A stretch of DNA of 64,000 bases from Gemmatimonadales bacterium (GTDB lineage Bacteria; Gemmatimonadota; Gemmatimonadetes; Palauibacterales; Palauibacteraceae): contig JARRMU010000020.1 in NCBI GenBank assembly GCA_037385645.1, forward strand, positions 646 to 64,645, read 5' to 3'. This document shows, piece by piece, positions 62,272 to 64,000 of the stretch. How positions within the stretch are numbered: position 1 is the first letter of the stretch; each line of letters opens with the position of its first letter. Below the pieces are notes generated by a model. It did no database searches and was not told the DNA's origin. It saw only the letters and a list, made by a program, of their open reading frames with translations. A program made the position numbers and the translations under genes.

Positions 62272-63549
62272 ATGCTCGATATCCGATACATCCGTGAGCA
62301 CCGGGACGATTGCCTGGAGCGGCTGGCCCTCCGAGGCGACCCGGCGCTTGCCGATCTGATCGATCGTGCGATCGAAGCAGATCGGGAGCGACGCGAGCTC
62401 ATCGGCGAGGTCGAGGGGCTCAAAGCGGAGAGGAACGCCCGCTCTCGAGAGATCGGTGAACGGAAGCGCGAGGGAGCGGATGCGGATGATATCGTCGCGG
62501 AGATGCAGAAGGTGGCGGCACGGATCCGCGCTCTGGATTCGGAGCTGACCAGCGTGGAGCAGGAGCTGCAATCGCTCCTGCTTCTGATACCGAACCTGCC
62601 CGATCCACGGGTTCCGCCGGGCCAGGAGGGAGAGGGTGAGGTTGTGCGCGCTTGGGGGGATCCCCCGACGCCCGACGCCCGGTTCGAGCCGCATTGGACC
62701 ATCGGTGAGCGACTGGGTCTGCTCGACCTGGAGCGGGGCGCGAAGCTGACCGGTTCCGGGTTCCCTCTCTTCGTGGGACAGGGCGCCCGCCTTCAGCGCG
62801 CGCTCATCCAGCTGATGCTGGATACGCACGTCTCCGAGCATGGCTACACGGAGCTCGCGCCGCCTTACCTGGTGAACCGGGATTCGATGACCGCGACCGG
62901 ACATCTCCCGAAGTTCGAGGCCGATGCTTACCGGACGGACCCGGATGACCTGTTTCTGGTGCCGACGGCGGAGGTCCCGGTCACGAACCTTTACCGTGGA
63001 GAGATCCTGGAGGGAGAGGTGCTGCCGCTCGCCTACGTCGCCTATACGCCCTGCTTCCGGAGGGAGGCCGGCGCGGCGGGCAAGGACACACGGGGTTTGC
63101 TGCGCGTCCATCAGTTCGACAAGGTCGAGCTCGTGCGTTTCGTGGCGCCGGCCCGATCCGAAGAAGAACTGGAGGTCCTGACCGGGCATGCAGAGCGGGT
63201 GTTGGAGCTGCTCGAGCTACCTTATCGGAGGGTCCTTCTGCCGGGGGGCGATCTGGGGTTCGGCAACGCCATGACGTACGATCTCGAGGCCTGGGCGCCC
63301 GGAGTGGAGGCCTGGCTGGAAGTATCGAGCTGCTCGAACTACGGTGATTATCAGGCGCGGCGAGCGAATATCCGGTTTCGACCGGAGCCTGCCGACAGGC
63401 CGCTGCATGTACACACGCTCAACGGGTCCGGGCTGGCGCTCGCGCGGGTCGTGGTGGCCCTGCTTGAGAACCACCAGCGTCCGGACGGCGGCGTCGACCT
63501 GCCGGCCGCGCTTCGTCCCTACATGGGAGTGGATCGGCTCGAGTCGTGA
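62272..63549 (+). CDS. serS: seryl-tRNA synthetase
   Basis: N-terminal coiled-coil arm, class II motifs. Confidence 0.95.
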   Translation: MLDIRYIREHRDDCLERLALRGDPALADLIDRAIEADRERRELIGEVEGLKAERNARSREIGERKREGADADDIVAEMQKVAARIRALDSELTSVEQELQSLLLLIPNLPDPRVPPGQEGEGEVVRAWGDPPTPDARFEPHWTIGERLGLLDLERGAKLTGSGFPLFVGQGARLQRALIQLMLDTHVSEHGYTELAPPYLVNRDSMTATGHLPKFEADAYRTDPDDLFLVPTAEVPVTNLYRGEILEGEVLPLAYVAYTPCFRREAGAAGKDTRGLLRVHQFDKVELVRFVAPARSEEELEVLTGHAERVLELLELPYRRVLLPGGDLGFGNAMTYDLEAWAPGVEAWLEVSSCSNYGDYQARRANIRFRPEPADRPLHVHTLNGSGLALARVVVALLENHQRPDGGVDLPAALRPYMGVDRLES

Positions 63550-64000
63550 CCCGACGGGTGTTTCCCTACGCGATCGCGGTCGCCTTCGCGGCTGTCATCG
63601 TCTCTTTCCTTGTCTACACGCAGCAGATGGCGAACGCGCTGCGTATGGACGCCGCCGTGTTCAGCCGGATTTACGCGCTCACCTTTCAGGCGACGGGGGC
63701 CCAGGATCCGGAGGAGCAGCAGCGTCTCACCGACCGGGTCCTGTTCGAGGTGCTCGGGGAGATGAACCGCCTGGAGATACCGGTGGTGGTCACCGATGAA
63801 GACGGACAGCCGACGTCGGTGGCAAACCTCCCGTTCGATGCAGACCGGAGAGACCCTGATGGTGCGGAGCGCATCCGAGCCTACGTGGTCGAGTTGGATG
63901 AGCGAATGCCGCCCGTGACGGCGACCGATCTCCGAATCCATTTCGGCGAGCCCATCTTCCTCAGGCGCCTGAAGTGGATCCCTTGGCTTCAGGCGTCGAT
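63546..64000 (+). CDS. partial ORF (5' end; runs off window): membrane-anchored protein of unknown function
   Basis: GTG start in GTGA overlap with serS stop; N-terminal TM helix; open to window end, so absent from the ORF track. Confidence 0.4.
   Translation, partial: MTRRVFPYAIAVAFAAVIVSFLVYTQQMANALRMDAAVFSRIYALTFQATGAQDPEEQQRLTDRVLFEVLGEMNRLEIPVVVTDEDGQPTSVANLPFDADRRDPDGAERIRAYVVELDERMPPVTATDLRIHFGEPIFLRRLKWIPWLQAS

Overview
This window is a roughly 68% GC, gene-dense stretch of bacterial chromosome. Almost everything in it is core housekeeping, arranged in tightly coupled operons with frequent ATGA/GTGA start-stop overlaps. Phylum cannot be assigned with confidence; the gene content is compatible with a Gemmatimonadota- or Actinobacteria-like high-GC lineage. 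I support about 63 CDS, one initiator tRNA-Met, a truncated tRNA-Met-like 3' fragment, three intrinsic terminators, and one repeat (a 23-bp duplication within uppS). Main blocks: rpmE-prfA-prmC; a YlbF-like protein, CDP-alcohol phosphatidyltransferase and myo-inositol-1-phosphate synthase (inositol lipid synthesis); ctpA; obg-dprA; hrcA-dnaJ; a complete pentose-phosphate operon on the minus strand (unknown ORF, tkt, rpiB, Tal-Pgi fusion, short gnd, zwf, pgl); prmA, rsmE, HIT, mutS2, dnaG, recJ, rsmD, coaD, pta-like, ksgA, rex; a DnaQ-like exonuclease and MBL hydrolase; thiolase, bioY, CPBP protease, hbd, acyl-CoA dehydrogenase and leucine dehydrogenase; glyA, yigZ, nnr, thiL, plsC; SPFH, eno, ftsB; thiI, uppS, cdsA, rseP; and manC with a nucleotidyltransferase/LbH protein, followed by a lipoprotein, serS and a partial membrane ORF. 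I found no CRISPR array, transposase, integrase or recognisable defence system. The most unusual observations are apparent gene lesions. tmk has an in-frame internal deletion, mutS2 and an MBL hydrolase are frameshifted, uppS is split by a 23-bp tandem duplication, and yigZ has no canonical start codon. Together these point to assembly or consensus errors, or to population heterogeneity. Other curiosities include a tRNA 3' fragment between two terminators, a 28-bp perfect palindrome at the uppS start, an AT-rich island at the bioY start, ribosomal protein L31 with a long acidic tail, and an orphan two-gene cassette (a hypothetical protein plus a small zinc-ribbon protein).
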